A stretch of 64,000 nt of DNA from Callorhinchus milii (lineage: Eukaryota). Numbering within the stretch: the stretch's first letter is position 1; the number at the start of each line of letters is the position of its first letter. The stretch lies in NCBI RefSeq assembly GCF_018977255.1, contig NW_024704742.1, positions 61,320,001-61,384,000 of the forward strand, written 5' to 3'. Both the position numbers and the translations under genes were made by a program. The notes under the pieces were generated by a model that saw only the letters and a list, made by a program, of their open reading frames with translations, did not search any database and was not told the DNA's origin. Of the stretch, positions 38,815 through 52,380 are shown piece by piece.

Positions 38815-40062
38815 TATCCTCTGTGACCGGGCTCCCTCTGCCTCCTTGTTCCTACTGGACTTCTCCGCCGCGTTCAACAGTTGATCACACCATCCTCCTC
38901 CACTGCCTCTACTCCCTCATCTAACTTAGTGGGACTGCATTCGCATGGTTCGAGTCCAACTTAAACTGCCAACGGTACACGTCGACAAATGATTTCTCCT
39001 CCTGTCTCCGACGAGTCACCTGCCAGATATCTCAACAACAACAACAACTCGGATTTATATAGTGCCCTCCACGCCGGATGGCGTCTAGGAGCGCTTTATA
39101 ATAACGGATCCCGGGACTGAGCCATTGGAAGGGGGAGGAAGGTGACCAAAGGCGCGGTCGAAAAGAAAGGTCTTCAGCAGAGACCTGAAAATGGGAAGGG
39201 AGGGAGCGAGATGAAGGGAGTGAGGAAGGCAGTTCCAGAGCCTTGGGGCGTAGTGGCTGAAGGTACGGCTGCCGAGGGTGAGTGGAGGACTCGGGGGACA
39301 AGGAGGAGGCCACACCTGGAGGAACGAAGGCAATGGGTACTGTTTTGAGGAGAGAGGAGGTCAGAGAGGTAGGAGGGTACAGAGGAGTGCAGGGGCTTGA
39401 ATACAAAGGTGAGGATCTTGAAATCGATCCGCTCTGGGATATGCAGCCAATGCAGTCTGGCGCGGACTGGGGTGAGCGGGGAGCGGAGTTTCGTGCGGGT
39501 GAGGTTCCCAAGGTTCCATCCTTGGCCCTTTCCTTAGTTACATGCTCCCTCTCGGCGATGTCATGCGCAGACATGAGGTCAACATCGACAGGTAAATGGC
39601 TGATACCCAAATCTTCGGAACACCATCCTTGCCTGGCTCCACGGTCTCCCAATTACGCCATATGAATCGGTTTCAAGATCCTCTCACTCGTTTTCAAATC
39701 TCTTCATGCCCTCTCACTTGCCTACCTATCTGATTTGCTTACTACTCACTCCACCAACTGCTGCCACCGCTCGGCCTGCTCCAACCTCCTGTTTGTTCCT
39801 CAACCCTTACCCTCCACCATCGGTAGCTGTGCCTTCAGCCACTACTCCCTGGAACTCTGGAAATCTCTCGTTCAATTCCTCCGCCTTGACCCCCTCCCTC
39901 CCTACTTTTAAATCCCACCTAAAGGCCTTCCTTTTTGATTGTATTTATGGGCACCTTCCACTTCTTCTCCGCCTGGCTCATTGTCAGTCTCTGACACTGT
40001 CAAGTGCTTGGGATGCTACCCCACATTAAGTTTACTATATAAATGCAAGTTGCTGTTATTGT
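38815..40062. mobile_element. Nested L2 fragments (plus 38815..39020, minus 39033..39470, plus 39620..40062)
   Basis: LLDFSAAF motif; (CAA)n tail at 39033; LHWL..RIDFK. Confidence 0.75.
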
Positions 40063-40131
40063 ATCCTGAATTATCTTGTAACAGACTTGAACGGTTATCT
40101 CCATTTATTACAAGGTGGCAAAGTTAACAAT

Positions 40132-40506
40132 AGTCCTGTAGCTCAGTGGTTAGAACATTCACTTCACAAGTGAGAGGACTTAGGTTTGACTCCCAGCCAG
40201 GGCAAAACATTGGCTAAGTTTCCTGACTCCACGTGTCTCTGTTTACCTAGCAGTAAGTAGAAACCTGGTTGTTAGTTGATTGGCAGATTAATTTTCTGGG
40301 GTTAGTAATCCCTTAAACAAACAAATAACTTTAAAAAAAATTGGGTACTCAATCCACAATTGTTTGTGGGACACTGCTGTGCACAATTGGCTGCTGCGTT
40401 TCACCCACAAAATATGCAGTCAATTCACTTTACAGTATATTCTGTGAAGCACTTTGAGACATCGCTAAGATGTGATAAGGCACTATATTAAATGCAAGTA
40501 TTATTT
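40132..40506 (+). mobile_element. SINE (long subfamily)
   Basis: Head, extra segment, body and tail. Confidence 0.85.
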
Positions 40507-40710
40507 TTATACATTTCGCATTGATTTTATGAAGAATTAAAGTACATCATATGTTGAAGCTATAACAAGGTGCTTTATCAAATACAAGGATTATTATTAT
40601 TGGACATAAACTATTTCTGAGTTCAATTAGTTGAATTGATCTGAAGTTGGTCCAACACAGATCTCGAGGGTGACATTTCAATGAATAGTAAAAGTTGTTG
40701 ACTTTTCCAC

Positions 40711-40795
40711 CTTGCAATTATAAAGGGGCGATAACTGTTCAAGTCTCTCAGAAGAAAATTCACGATAGACACAAGGAAGTATTTTGTGTTTGACC
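40711..40795 (-). CDS. Exon (1->2) SNTKYFLVSIVNFLLRDLNSYRPFIIA(R)
   Basis: Acceptor catttag, donor AG|gtggaa; within ORF 40623..40811. Confidence 0.6.
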
Positions 40796-40994
40796 CTAAA
40801 TGCACATGCACTCCAATTCACAGTAAATCCTGCGAAGTGTTTTGGGACATCCTCCTGACATGAAAGGAGCTAGTCAAAATGCAAGAACTATTATTTTTAT
40901 TGTTACCCAGAAGGTAATAACCAATTGGAACAAGTTATCAGGAAGGATGGTCGATACATTTCAAAACCAGCTTGATCCTATGATGTCAAGTTTG

Positions 40995-41408
40995 TCAGCC
41001 TGGTGTATTTGGTAGTACCTCTGAGTTAGAAAGGTTGCAAGTTCAAACCCATATTGGGACTGGTTATCCATATAGATTATGCTGACCCTCCAATATAGTA
41101 GTGGGAGTGTGCTGTTTTGTTGGAGGTGCTGCCCTTCAGACGAGACATTAAACCAAGACCACGTCTGCGTGACCGGGTGGATGTTAAAGATCCCATAGCA
41201 CTATTCGAAAAGAGAAGACCATTTATCTCAACAATCTCCCAATAAAATAGGTAATTAATTCCTGTTTGTGTGACATTGCTCTGTGCAAATTGGCTGCTGT
41301 ATTCGCCAACAAAATATACACAATCAGTACACTTTATAGTATATTCTCTGAAGAATTTTGAGATGTCTCAATGATGTGATAATATATCAAATGCAACAGT
41401 TATTATTT
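40995..41408 (+). mobile_element. Old Deu-domain SINE (SacSINE1/AmnSINE1-like)
   Basis: ttcagacgagacattaaaccaag...gttaaagatcccatagcactattcgaa Deu-type core. Related decayed copies at about 680-975, 8020-8200, 12350-12655, 46700-46860, 48590-48880, 51190-51545, 57520-57930, 59400-59780, 61840-62120 and 63020-63210. Confidence 0.7.
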
Positions 41409-42115
41409 ATACGCTGCTGAGAAGCCGCCCAGCGTGGAGGCGCTATATAAATGCATGTTGTTGTTATATAAAACAACACAAGTATTCAGTACCAAGAAAA
41501 GGCTAATAGGTTAAACAAGCCTATCCTTTGCCTTAATATCACCTTCTCATCTTGTCTCACAATCCCTTCTCTCTCTGGAAACACAGCTCGTCGCTACTTA
41601 AAAATGGTTTATTTTATTGGCATTCCACAGCAACTTAATTCACAATTCCACAAGTCCATTGACCTATGTGTACAAATGATCCATCCAACATTCCTATTTT
41701 ATTTTACTTGGGTTCTTTATATTTGAAACTGTAGCCTGAAAATCTCAACCTGCTCTTGATTGTGGTGAACAGTGAAATTGATGTGAATCTTGCCCTCTGA
41801 CCCTTTGAACATTTCAATGAATTTCACACCCCAGTAATCTGATACGTTGTGACTTTCATATCTTTGTTACAAGTGTGCTGAAAATAACTTGTTCTATTTT
41901 CGAGAGCTCTTTTTGCACAGGTATGTTTTAGTCCAGTTAGACACAATCAAGATACGTCTCATTTGAGATGATGGGAAAAAATACACAGCTTGTTTACCAT
42001 GTCTCCAAACATTAAATACTGATCTATTTCAGGAAATCTCCAAGGATAAATTAAAGTGAACATAAATCAAGTACTTTTGCAATATATTCCCCCCTTCCGC
42101 TGCACATACACATAC

Positions 42116-42159
42116 AATGTTCTCTCCTCTTTTGAAGGCATTGACATATGTTTGGGTGA
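42116..42159 (-). CDS. Exon (2->1) HPNICQCLQKRREH(W)
   Basis: Acceptor ttgttttcag, donor gtatgt. Confidence 0.6.
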
Positions 42160-42724
42160 CTGAAAACAATGCAGTCTGTTATAATATGCTTCACCATAGC
42201 GCAAATTTGCTTATACTGTGGTTGCACTGTGGGTCCCATTCACCCACTTGGAACACATTCACAATAGAACTATGCATCATGGTAAAAGCACATTTAGATG
42301 CTTAATCCTTTCATTTGATACATTTCCCCAACAAAATACACAGTTAATTCACTTTACAATATATTCTGTGAAGCGCTTTAAGACATCTCAACATCGTGAT
42401 AAGGCGCCATATATCAAACGCAAAGATTATTGTTATTGATATACTGCTTTAACACATTGAGATGCCCAGAGTGCTTCACAGGATATACTGTAAAGTGGTG
42501 TTACTGAATTTTTGTGGGTGAATGCGACAGCCAATATGTGCTCAGCAGTCTTCCACAAACAGCCAGAGTGAGTGACCAATTTTATTTGGGGGATTATTGG
42601 CTAGGACATCAGGAGCAACCTCTTCATGGGTACAAAGAAAGTCTAAGTAATAATGTAATGAACACTTGTATTTAATTTAGCTCCACAGCATATCCAAACA
42701 TCTCAAAGTGTGTTAGACGATGTT

Positions 42725-43335
42725 ACTTTGAAACAAACCACATCATGAGCAGCGAATGCAGTAACCTACATTGGTGGTAGTACACGTAAATCACTGTCTC
42801 ACTTGAAAACTGTTTGGGGCCCTGGACAGTGGTATGGGAGGAGGTGAATGGGCAGGTATTGCATGTCCTGTGCTGGCATAGAAAGGTGCCGGGGGGAGGA
42901 GCTGTTGGTGGTGATGGAGGAATGAACCAGGGATGACGGTGGGAACGTTCCCTTCGGAATGCTGAGAGGGGAGGAAAAGATATGTTTAGTGGTTGGATCA
43001 TGGCCGAGGTGCTGGAAATGACAGAGAATTATTTGTTTTCCCGGACACGCCTTTTCTCTCTCTGGCCTGCCTATTTTGTTGCGATTCCAGCCCCCCCACC
43101 CCACCCACCCCCTTTGTTTGCATCATTAACACCTCTTTAACCATCATCCCCTGTACTCTACAGCATTTTCTCTTTTATCTTCCTTGCCCTACCTCCCCCC
43201 TCTCTGTTAGCCCCAGTTCTGATGAAGGGTCGTGGACCCGAAACGTTGACTTACTTTCCTTTCTTCATAGATGCTGCCGGACCTGCTGAGTGTTCCCAGC
43301 GACTTCTGTTTCAGATTTCCAGCATCTGCAGTATT
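42725..43335. mobile_element. Penelope-like retroelement fragment: GIY-YIG-adjacent ORF remnant (minus) plus inverted pLTR (plus)
   Basis: Minus translation PGTFLCQHRTCNTCPFTSSHTTVQGPKQ followed by a CxxC motif; pLTR at about 43035..43335 carries the hammerhead motif. Confidence 0.75.
43215..43251 (+). ncRNA. Minimal type I hammerhead ribozyme motif (Penelope-associated)
   Basis: AGTT-CTGATGA-AGGGTC-GTG-GACCC-GAAA-CG-TT-GACT: conserved core, helix II, 4-bp helix I, palindromic helix III. Confidence 0.65.
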
Positions 43336-43724
43336 TCTCATAATGTGACTTTGAAGTTGAGTGAACATGTTGTTTTATGGGCAGGATCTTCAGTATGATC
43401 ATAAGATTACATGTGTTGCATATTGCTTTAAGACTTTATTGTGAATTGAACATTGACTATGAGAAACAAGTTTAAAATTATTCTGGTAAAGTGACTGGGC
43501 AGATTGTGGAAGAGTGTGGAAATGTAAGGTTTAATAAGGGAACTAGTGAATCTAAACTGTTCTGGATTAAAAAACATTACAACATGCATTTTGATCTGCC
43601 TTCCTCATTCTGCTTTTCAGAGGTACCTCTGCAATGCCCTTATGCACTCCTCCATCACATCCAACACCAGCTATCTTTCTCAGACACTTTCCCCTCCCAC
43701 CTTCCACCTTAGAAGATTCTTCAT

Positions 43725-44080
43725 GGAATCCTGTAACATATTGAATAGAAAATTTGCATCACAAGTAAGAGGACCTGGGTTTGATTCCTGGGCAGGACAA
43801 AACCTTAGGCAAGTTTCCGTACTCCACATGCCTCTGTTTACCTAACAGTAAGTAGGAACCTGATTGTTAGCCGATTGGTGGATCACTTTTCCAGGGGTAA
43901 TAATTTAATTAAAAAAGATATTTTTACTCAAGTAACGACTGTTTGTAGGACACTGCTGTGCGCACTTGGCTGCCGTGTTTTGGCCACAAAATATACAGTC
44001 AATTCACTTTACAGCATATTCTTTGGGATAACTCAACGATGTGATAAGGCACTGTATCAGATGTAAGTATTATTATTATC
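43725..44080 (+). mobile_element. SINE (long subfamily)
   Basis: Head, extra segment, body and tail. Confidence 0.8.
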
Positions 44081-44236
44081 ATCCAACCTTTTTTTTCCCC
44101 TTGTCATTTGCTGTGGCACAAAACAAATTACATGTTTCTCTTCCAATCTGGTAAGAACAGATATAGGTTGAGAGGCTGTTTTGCTGAATATCTCCATTAT
44201 TGCCATGAGCATGATCACAGCCCTGAAATTTCTTAC

Positions 44237-44326
44237 CATCTTAGTCTCAAGAACATTGTCTTCAAAATGTAACATGGTAATTTTGAAAAATTCTTAAATT
44301 CATTCTTAATTTGGAAGCTGGAAGAA
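44237..44326 (-). CDS. Exon (2->2) SSSFQIKNEFKNFSKLPCYILKTMFLRLR(C)
   Basis: Acceptor ttttctgcag, strong donor TG|gtaaga; the only open frame matches the upstream phase; contains a Mab-21-like xY-x-LKT motif. Confidence 0.7.
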
Positions 44327-44924
44327 CTGCAGAAAACTTTAACATAGAAATCTATAATGCAGAAAGTCATTTGGGCCATTGAGTTCACATTGACTCATGC
44401 ACCCCATTTCTAAAGTAAGACTGAATTAATAAACTTAGGAAATTTCTGCACTTTCTTATATTTTAAGGCAATGGTCTCAGGCAAAGTTCTGTAAGACATT
44501 TTGGGTTACTGATCTCCCTGTAGCTTATTACTACAATGACAACTTGTACTTGGAGAGCGCCCTTCACGCCTTATCACGATGTTGAGATGTCTCAAAGCAG
44601 GGTAGTGTTTCAGAGCACTCATCTTTCTAAGATAGCCCTATAACTGATAAGTTTAGTACAAGCTTCGCGAGGAATTTCAAACCTTACTCCTCATGATTCT
44701 TTAGTGCACAGATCTGAAAGTTAATTTGAAAACCTTAACTGTGTGCCTTTTTCACAGTGTACTTCCCAGGTAACCCTTTCTCATTCTGTTGGTGCTTCTG
44801 TTGATTGGAATTGAGTTGGAAGACTGAGCCAGAAAGGTCAGAGAATCACAAGATGAGATGAAACATTGAACCATAGAGAGGTCAGAAGCCTAAAATTTCT
44901 TCCAGTCTTCATCATAAAACTGAA

Positions 44925-45221
44925 GTCCTGTAGCTCAGTGGTTAGAGCATTCGACTTGCAAGCGAGACACCTGGGTTCAATTCCAGGCAGGGTAAAACTT
45001 TGGGCAAGTTTCCTTACTCCACACGCCTAATAATAATCCTCCAAAAACAAAACAATAATAAATTGGTCATTTTCAATCCACGACTGTTTGTGGGACACAA
45101 TTGGCTGCCGCGTTTCACTCACAAATATGCGGTCAAGTCACTTTACAGTCTCTTCTGTGAAGCTCTTTGAGACGTCGAGAAGACGTGAAAAGCGTTGTAT
45201 TAAATGCAAGGATTATTATTA
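44925..45221 (+). mobile_element. SINE (short subfamily)
   Basis: Matches the 32880 copy, with a small internal deletion. Confidence 0.9.
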
Positions 45222-46869
45222 CTGTTTTGTATTGTAATTTTGACAACCATGATATGGTAGCAATTATACATCGATTAAAAGGTGCTACAAATTTCACTTG
45301 AATCTCTGGTTATCCAAATCACAGGCTGAAAATTTCCCATTTATATCCTTCCAATATTTTTATCTTTCTAAAGCTTCAATATGTGATTGGAGTTTGAAAT
45401 TGGTTTGGTAAGGTACAGGAACGGTAAAACCATAAACATTTTTGAAAGAAGACCATTGTTTTTTGCTGGTTCTTTCAAAAATAACAATACATTTTGACCT
45501 GCCTTTTCTCTGTACCTCTGCAATTACCCTTTTTTAAATATCTATCAAGTTCCCTTTTAAAAGATACAATGGAAGCAGAAGCATCTTTGTGTTCTTTCCA
45601 ATGTTGCACATCTGTTATTAATCCATTAGCTGCTTGTTAAGAGTACGTATTCCTTTCATTAAATTAATTTATTTTTATTGGCATTGTTCAATTTAATAAA
45701 TTTTGCATATTTGTCCCTGTGCTTTAATAAATCTTTTAATCTTTTTGAGGTCTCATTGAAGTGTCATATGTCCATTTCTTTGAAGACATACTGTCAGTTC
45801 AGATACATGCTGGCACTAGATGAAGAGGACATAGGTTCAAGGGTTGCAAAGGCAATTTCTGGAGACACCGGCTATATTCCTTTATTAGAGGATAATTAAG
45901 GACTGGAAGGTGTTGCCAGGAAGAGTGGTAAGGAAAGTAGATTGAACTCGATTAGAAACAGTTCTTAGTATGTGGAAGGATGGTACTGTTGGTATTCTGT
46001 AAGAATGAGATCAAATGAGCTGAAGGGTCTTCTTCATCTGAACTGATCTTGTGAAGAGTGTTAAGGTTCGATTTGACCTGTCATAAAACTAGAACATAAA
46101 TGTGAAATTGGTTAATAGGGATTAGTAGGTCATAAGAGATTGCTTTTGAGTCTTGATTAATAATAGTCAAAGATCGGTAATTTTGATTAATTTCCATAAT
46201 ATTAAAATCTCCAATCACACGCCAATAAAACGTCTTAGATAAAATATACAGAGCTTTAGTGGAACATGAGAATGGACTGAACTCAAATTGCTGTCATAGG
46301 AACAATTAAGTCAAGTATATATAGTTATAAGCTGAAAGGATCAAGCTCCAAAAATGAGTTGAGCTTTCTGATCTAACATTCACTTGTGCTTAATTGTGCA
46401 GAATAGCAGCTTCATTGTATTTCAGTGATCAAAATCTGTATCTTCATTTATCCTAAATGCCACAAAAATGTTTGTAATATCCACTGAACTAAAGCATTTT
46501 GATACAATACATGTAAGTAGCAGAAAGAGGAGGAACATCTCAATGTACTGAATTTTCTCATATTCTTCACATTGATACATAATGATCTGATACAGATAAC
46601 AACTCGCATTGATATAACACCCTTTATATTGGGTAAGACCTCTGAGTGGGGTCAGATGATGAGTAAGGGAGAAGAGGGATGTTCCACAGGAGATGGGTTT
46701 GAACAGGCAGACAGGACCTTGGTTTATTATCTCATTCACATGCCCCAGCACTGCATTAGAGAGTCATCCTAGACTATGTGAGTTGAAGTCCCCAATTTAG
46801 GGCTTGAATCCACAATCTTCTGACTCAAAAGTGAGAGTGCTACCAACTGAGCCAGACTGATGCACAAAG

Positions 46870-47525
46870 ACAGATAGAAAGGAGAGGAGCTGAGACGGAG
46901 GGACAGAGGGAGTGTTCCAGTGGTTAGATACATAGAATCTGAAGGCTCAGATACTGATGGTGGCATGAAGAGGGTGTGGACAGGCACAACAAACCCAAGC
47001 TTGCTGAAAGGAATGTGCGAGCAGAGCAGGAGAGCAGAAGAGAATCAGAATGAGGTGCTAGGACATGAGGGTGAGGACGTTAAAATCGATCTGCTGCGAA
47101 ATAGGGAGTCAATGGAGTTTGGTGAGGCCTGCTGAGTTTGTTGTGTGGAGTTCAATGCAGGTGAGGATGTGGGCAGCAGAGTTTTGCATGAGTTGGATTG
47201 TAACTTATGAATGGTGGAGCTAGCCTGGGTAACATTCCTAATGTGATGGGTTAGTCTCCACATCTAATAAATACATGGGGCAGTTGTTCAGTTTAATTTG
47301 AGTCAGGTTTCTGCACTATGCTCCCTTTCTCTGGAACAATCTCCTGAAATCCCTCTAACTCACCCCCTCACTCTCTTCGTTCAAATCCCCTGTGGAGACC
47401 TAACTCATGACTGCATTTTTAGTCACCTCATCCTTCGCTTGGGCTTCTGCTGAAATCTTTGTAAAGAACTTTATGTGGTTCTCCAAATGTGAAGTATGCT
47501 ATGTAAGTGTAAACGGCTGTTGCTG
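46870..47525. mobile_element. Degenerate L2 fragments (minus, then plus)
   Basis: Similarity to the L2 3' ORF and UTR. Confidence 0.55.
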
Positions 47526-49316
47526 ATAACCCAAGCTTCCCAGAGTGATTTAAAGATTACTCTGGTGGTCATGTCCATTGAAGAGCTGGACCATTGTGAG
47601 GATGTTGTAATTATCTATATTAACAGCATCTATGGTGTTGTGACTGTGTGGTGACAGCTTTAAAAAGACTAACTTCTTTAAAAAACTTTAAAAATGCATC
47701 TGCTACAGAAAGATATATTAATATTTCACTGCTGCAACATGAAAGCAACAATATTACACTTTAGCAGCACATTTCTGGAGATATAACTAAATATCACCAA
47801 ACATCTGTTAAATAAAAGACGGTATGATTGAACTTCCATAGTGATACAGCAAATTGTGATGGTTAAAACTTTGCAATTATGCCTTCACAAATCTAATTAA
47901 CAAACAGTTAAATGATTGAAATGCGGCAGCAATCCAACATAACAAAAAAACATTATTTTTCATTTATTACTGACATTTGATACTTAAAGAACAAATTTGA
48001 TGCATTTTCTCATCTTATTGAAACTGCAATTCAACATTTTCAGAGTCCCGCAGTCTTTTTTAAATAAATCTAATCTTTGCATTTGGAATAAGGTTTTATT
48101 TTCAATCCAACACACGAGACACTTTAAACTCAATATTATCGAGAATGGTATTTTGATTTCCATTTACTGATAATAGTATTTCCAGTGTCTTTAAGCCCAT
48201 CAATCATATAACTATTTGTGAATGTGTGTGCGTGCTTGTTGATCTGAATGGTGTCATTTTCAACAAAGTGTTTTATTTCTCTTTACACATTCATACGTTC
48301 ACGATCAAAGAGCACAGTCATATTTCAAATCTTCAGCAATAGAAACAGTAAAAAAAANTCTTGATGCAACTTTGAGTTACAATTGCTCTTTCACCTCAGG
48401 GACCAGTTCTGAATTGAGTGTAGGCTAAGGGGACAAAAGTCTCCTCCTCTCTTTGAATGCTGCACAACCCAAGGGAGTGATAAATGTAATATTTCTTATG
48501 GACTTGACGACATATTCCCTAATTATTGAATTTGTTCTGAAATACTGTATTTTGTACCCCATCGCATTTTAACTCTGTGACACTATTAATAGTACTTGCA
48601 TTTCATATAGCACTTTAACATGTAATTGAGACATTTCAAAGCGCTTCATGGGATATACTGTAATATGTATTGACTGTGCATTTTTGGGGTGAAATGTGGC
48701 AGCCAGTTTGCAAACAGCAATGTCCCACAATCAGCGATGGAATGAGTGAGTGACCATTTTTTATTTGGGGGATTGTAGTACAGACCACTGGGAGAAACTC
48801 CCTCCTTTTTTCAAATAGTGGCTTCTCATCAAAGGCGGTATCCCCTCCCCCAGCACTGCATTGGAATTTCAGCTTAGATGAACAAATCCCCAAATAAAAA
48901 AATATCCTGTGAAGATCTTTCAGATGTCCTCTTCGAGTGAAAGTTGGGATTTCAAATGCAAGTATTATGTATTTATGCTAATTTTAGCAACATGGATTTT
49001 TTCAGTAAGTAAAAAACATTTCCAACTGCCGCTGTAGCAGAGATTCAATACTGCTAATTCATATTAATATTAAAACCATGAGGTGAATGGTACATTTTAT
49101 CTGAAGGATTTGTTGATCAGGATAAACTTTGCTTTTCAAATAGTGTCATGGGTTATTCAACAGGCAGACAAGACCCTGAGTTAATGTCTCACCTACAGGA
49201 TGGCACCTCTGACAGTTTCATAATTACCACATTAAATTATGAAGATCATATTGAATGCATCATGAAATGTCACAAATTGCAATGCTTTATTTTAAAACCT
49301 TGGGCTACATACTGAC

Positions 49317-49500
49317 GTAGAAATGTAGTATTTCTTCACAACCGTATCCAATGCCAGATTGCAATTGACAAGAGAGAAGACGAACCTGCTACAAAACAAG
49401 ACAATCCATTCAAGGTGATCAGCATCACATCCATGAATCAAGCTTCTCAACAACCTTATCAAGAACTGATGAAATTCTTCACTACAGGTATCAGGTGGTT
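49317..49500 (-). CDS. Exon (1->2) PPDTCSEEFHQFLIRLLRSLIHGCDADHLEWIVLFCSRFVFSLVNCNLALDTVVKKYYIS(T)
   Basis: Acceptor ctgcag, donor AC|gtcagt; 184 nt open; lies within ORF 49292..49570. Confidence 0.65.
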
Positions 49501-50197
49501 CTGCAGTTTTTAGATAGTAAAATATGTTTTTCTTGCAATGCCAAAAGGTCACTGCTGCATTATCAAACATACATTTAAATTGCTATGAAGCTCACATAAT
49601 TTATTATTATTGAAAATTCACCAGATACACCAAGGAGCCTAGTTGTTTTACCTGTTGGATGCACACTGTTCAATTAACAATCTTCCTGTTATGAATATGA
49701 TTGTTCAGAATGTTGTAGTATAGAAGTTGCCAAGAGTTCTACTTCCCAAGAGAGAGTTGTGTTTCGTTGTGCATATTAACATCTTGAGAATGTGCCATGA
49801 TGTTCATTGTTTCACAGAGAGAAGGGAGTTATTTTAATTGTGGCGTTGCTCGTAATGCTTAAATTACCGCTGCAAATCATTACTTCTGTGCTGAGATGGT
49901 CTGGAAATAATTACATTAGCATTCAGCGCAAGCTCCATTAAATTGCCTTTATTTTGCAATGTCAAGGTCAGTTCTGATTGATCGAACTAGAACTTTAGCA
50001 TTTTGTTAAGTCTGAAGTCATGCAAAAGGCTAGTTCTCTTCCAGAATATACTTCACGCAGGATGGAGTGAGCAAAGTACCAGCAAGGACAACTTTATAAG
50101 ACAGCATAAAACCTACACCTTTGCCTTGGAGAAAAATAATTCACCTAAGTGTTCTGTCGTCTAGCTTAAGGGGAATGATTTAATGCTGTCTACTTAC

Positions 50198-50249
50198 GAC
50201 ATGCTTGCACAGCATAACCAAACAAGAACGCATGTTGAAAACAAATGAC
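50198..50249 (-). CDS. Exon (0->1) VICFQHAFLFGYAVQAC
   Basis: Donor gtaagt; the in-phase acceptor is a rare GAG (ctatctcttgag). Confidence 0.45.
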
Positions 50250-50836
50250 CTCAAGAGATAGTGAGCTTAGTAATTATTCAGGTGAAGTACTAGATAAGAA
50301 GCAATAGTCTGTTTGAAGCAAATTACTGGTTGAAATGTGGGCTTGTGAAATTATCTCTCTTTAGAAAGAACGAGAATTCTTTGAAAAATTAGTTATATTT
50401 AAATATTCCTGAATCTGGTTACATTTCTTCCCACTAATACAAGAAAAGTATGCTATAATAATGTATATGTATCACTTGTTGGTTTAGTAGAAATTGATTA
50501 TCTGCCTTAATCTTAATGACTTAAAAATCTGATTAATCTTTACCTACCTTACAGTAATCGTATTCTTCTACAATATGTATTTAACTTGTAAGCTAATTTG
50601 ATTGAAAATAATTAGAGGTGCTTAACTGGAATGATTTATGTAATTGTACCTTACAAATTAATTAAAGTTTATCACAATATAGAGCATTTATTTGCTGTCA
50701 CAAATTGTGGGATTGGTATTTCATTAAACTGTTTTAATATAAAATTACATCAACCAATTGTACCAATTTTTTCAGGATACCCAGAGTTAAATGAAACACA
50801 GAAATAATCTTTGCATGTTTTATACCTCCTGTCGTG

Positions 50837-51163
50837 TTATAATAATAATAATAATAATCCTTGCATTTGGTATAGCGCTTTTCACGTCGGGAGGATGTCC
50901 CAAAGCGCTTCACAGAATATACTGTAAAGTGAATTGACTGTATATTTGTGGGCAAACGCGGCAGCCAATTGCGCACAGCAATGTCCCACAAACAGTCGTA
51001 GATTGAAAATGACCAATTTATTATTGTTTTTGGTTTTGGAGGGATTATTATTAGGCTCTGTGTGGAGTAAGGAAACTTGCCCAAGGTTTCGCCCTGCCTG
51101 GAATTGAACTCAGGTCTCTCGCTTGCAAAGCGAGTGCTCTAACCACTGAGCTACAGGACTCCA
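50837..51163 (-). mobile_element. Young SINE (short subfamily)
   Basis: Shares diagnostic variants with the 14053 copy. Confidence 0.9.
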
Positions 51164-51938
51164 CGTTGGTAGAGTATCTCATAGTGCTTCACAGTAAAGA
51201 CTGTGTAGTTTATAGGTGAACACGGGAACCAATTTATATCAAAACAATATCTGACAAATAGTTATTTTTATGACCAATTTTATTATTATTGGGGTATTTT
51301 TGGTCTGGATATTGGGAGAAACTACCTTCTCCTTTTGAATAGTGCTATCGGAGCTTAAACCTGAAGAGGCAGACCTTTGCTTAAAGTCTCATCCGAATGA
51401 TGGTACCTCTAGTAATGCAGCACATGCTCAGCACCACATTGGAGTATCAGACTAGATCATGAATTAAATGTCCTGATTTGGGGCTTGAACCCAGAACCTT
51501 ATAACTCAAAGGTGAAAGTGTTACCATATGAGCCAGCCTGACATACAATTTGATAGATATTGGGAGCCTTTGACTGGCTTTGTCTTGAGTTACTTGCTTG
51601 TTTAGCTTCTTCAAAACAGAACTGGATAGATATCTATATGAGAACAGTATTGGAGGATACAGGGAGAGGTGCAGACTGTTGAATAAAATTGATAAGCATG
51701 CTTTTATGACCGATTGACTTTAACAATTTATTTTATATATATTTAGCACACTGCATCTTTTAAGAAACATCACAGTTTTAGTGAATGAGCAATTGATCAT
51801 TCATTACCACTTTCCAATCGTTACAATGTTCATTTGCCAAACTTTTCTTACAAGCAGCTATTTTTAGCAAAATCCCTGTCCTGGACCATTAACCCTGCTG
51901 TACTTTAATTTGGAGAGTAAAGACTTCAAGCCACTCAC

Positions 51939-52001
51939 GTTGGTTACCGTTCCTGTTGCTACATTCTGTTTCTCAGAGTTTGAGACTACCAACACAGTCT
52001 C
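51939..52001 (-). CDS. Exon (0->0) ETVLVVSNSEKQNVATGTVTN
   Basis: Donor AAC|gtgagt; acceptor cccacag|G with a weak pyrimidine tract. Confidence 0.5.
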
Positions 52002-52277
52002 CTGTGGGCGCCATTTCTGCTCCCATGCCGAAGCCCCTTAGTCACGCATCTCTTTCCTAGATAATTGCAGAAGACCTTTGGATAAAGGAAAACAGATACT
52101 AATCATTTCTATTTAGGTTACAACAGAATTTAATTTTAAAAGTGTAGCAGTGCAAATTTTAAGCAACTTCTATGATAAATTCATAATAAAACAACATAAT
52201 AGTTAACCTAACAGAATCTAATGGTCTATAAGTTAAAGTGATTACAAATTTATGTTTCATATTGGCAAAGCTTAGTA

Positions 52278-52301
52278 ATATATATATATATATATATATA
52301 T
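52278..52301. repeat. (AT)n microsatellite
   Basis: Perfect dinucleotide run. Confidence 0.9.
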
Positions 52302-52339
52302 GCCCATGATACATCATTCTTATGCCAAGAGCAACTCAC

Positions 52340-52380
52340 CTGTAATGCTTTGTTAATCAGAACACAGGACAAAGTACTTT
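52340..52380 (-). CDS. Exon (1->0) (E)STLSCVLINKALQ
   Basis: Strong acceptor ctttgcctccattctctag; consensus donor CAG|gtgagt; only one open frame. Confidence 0.6.

Noticed and set aside
51930..52070. Promoter or first exon (YY1-like CGCCATTT, X-box half sites)
   Set aside because: An internal coding exon fits the phases on both sides; an alternative start cannot be excluded.
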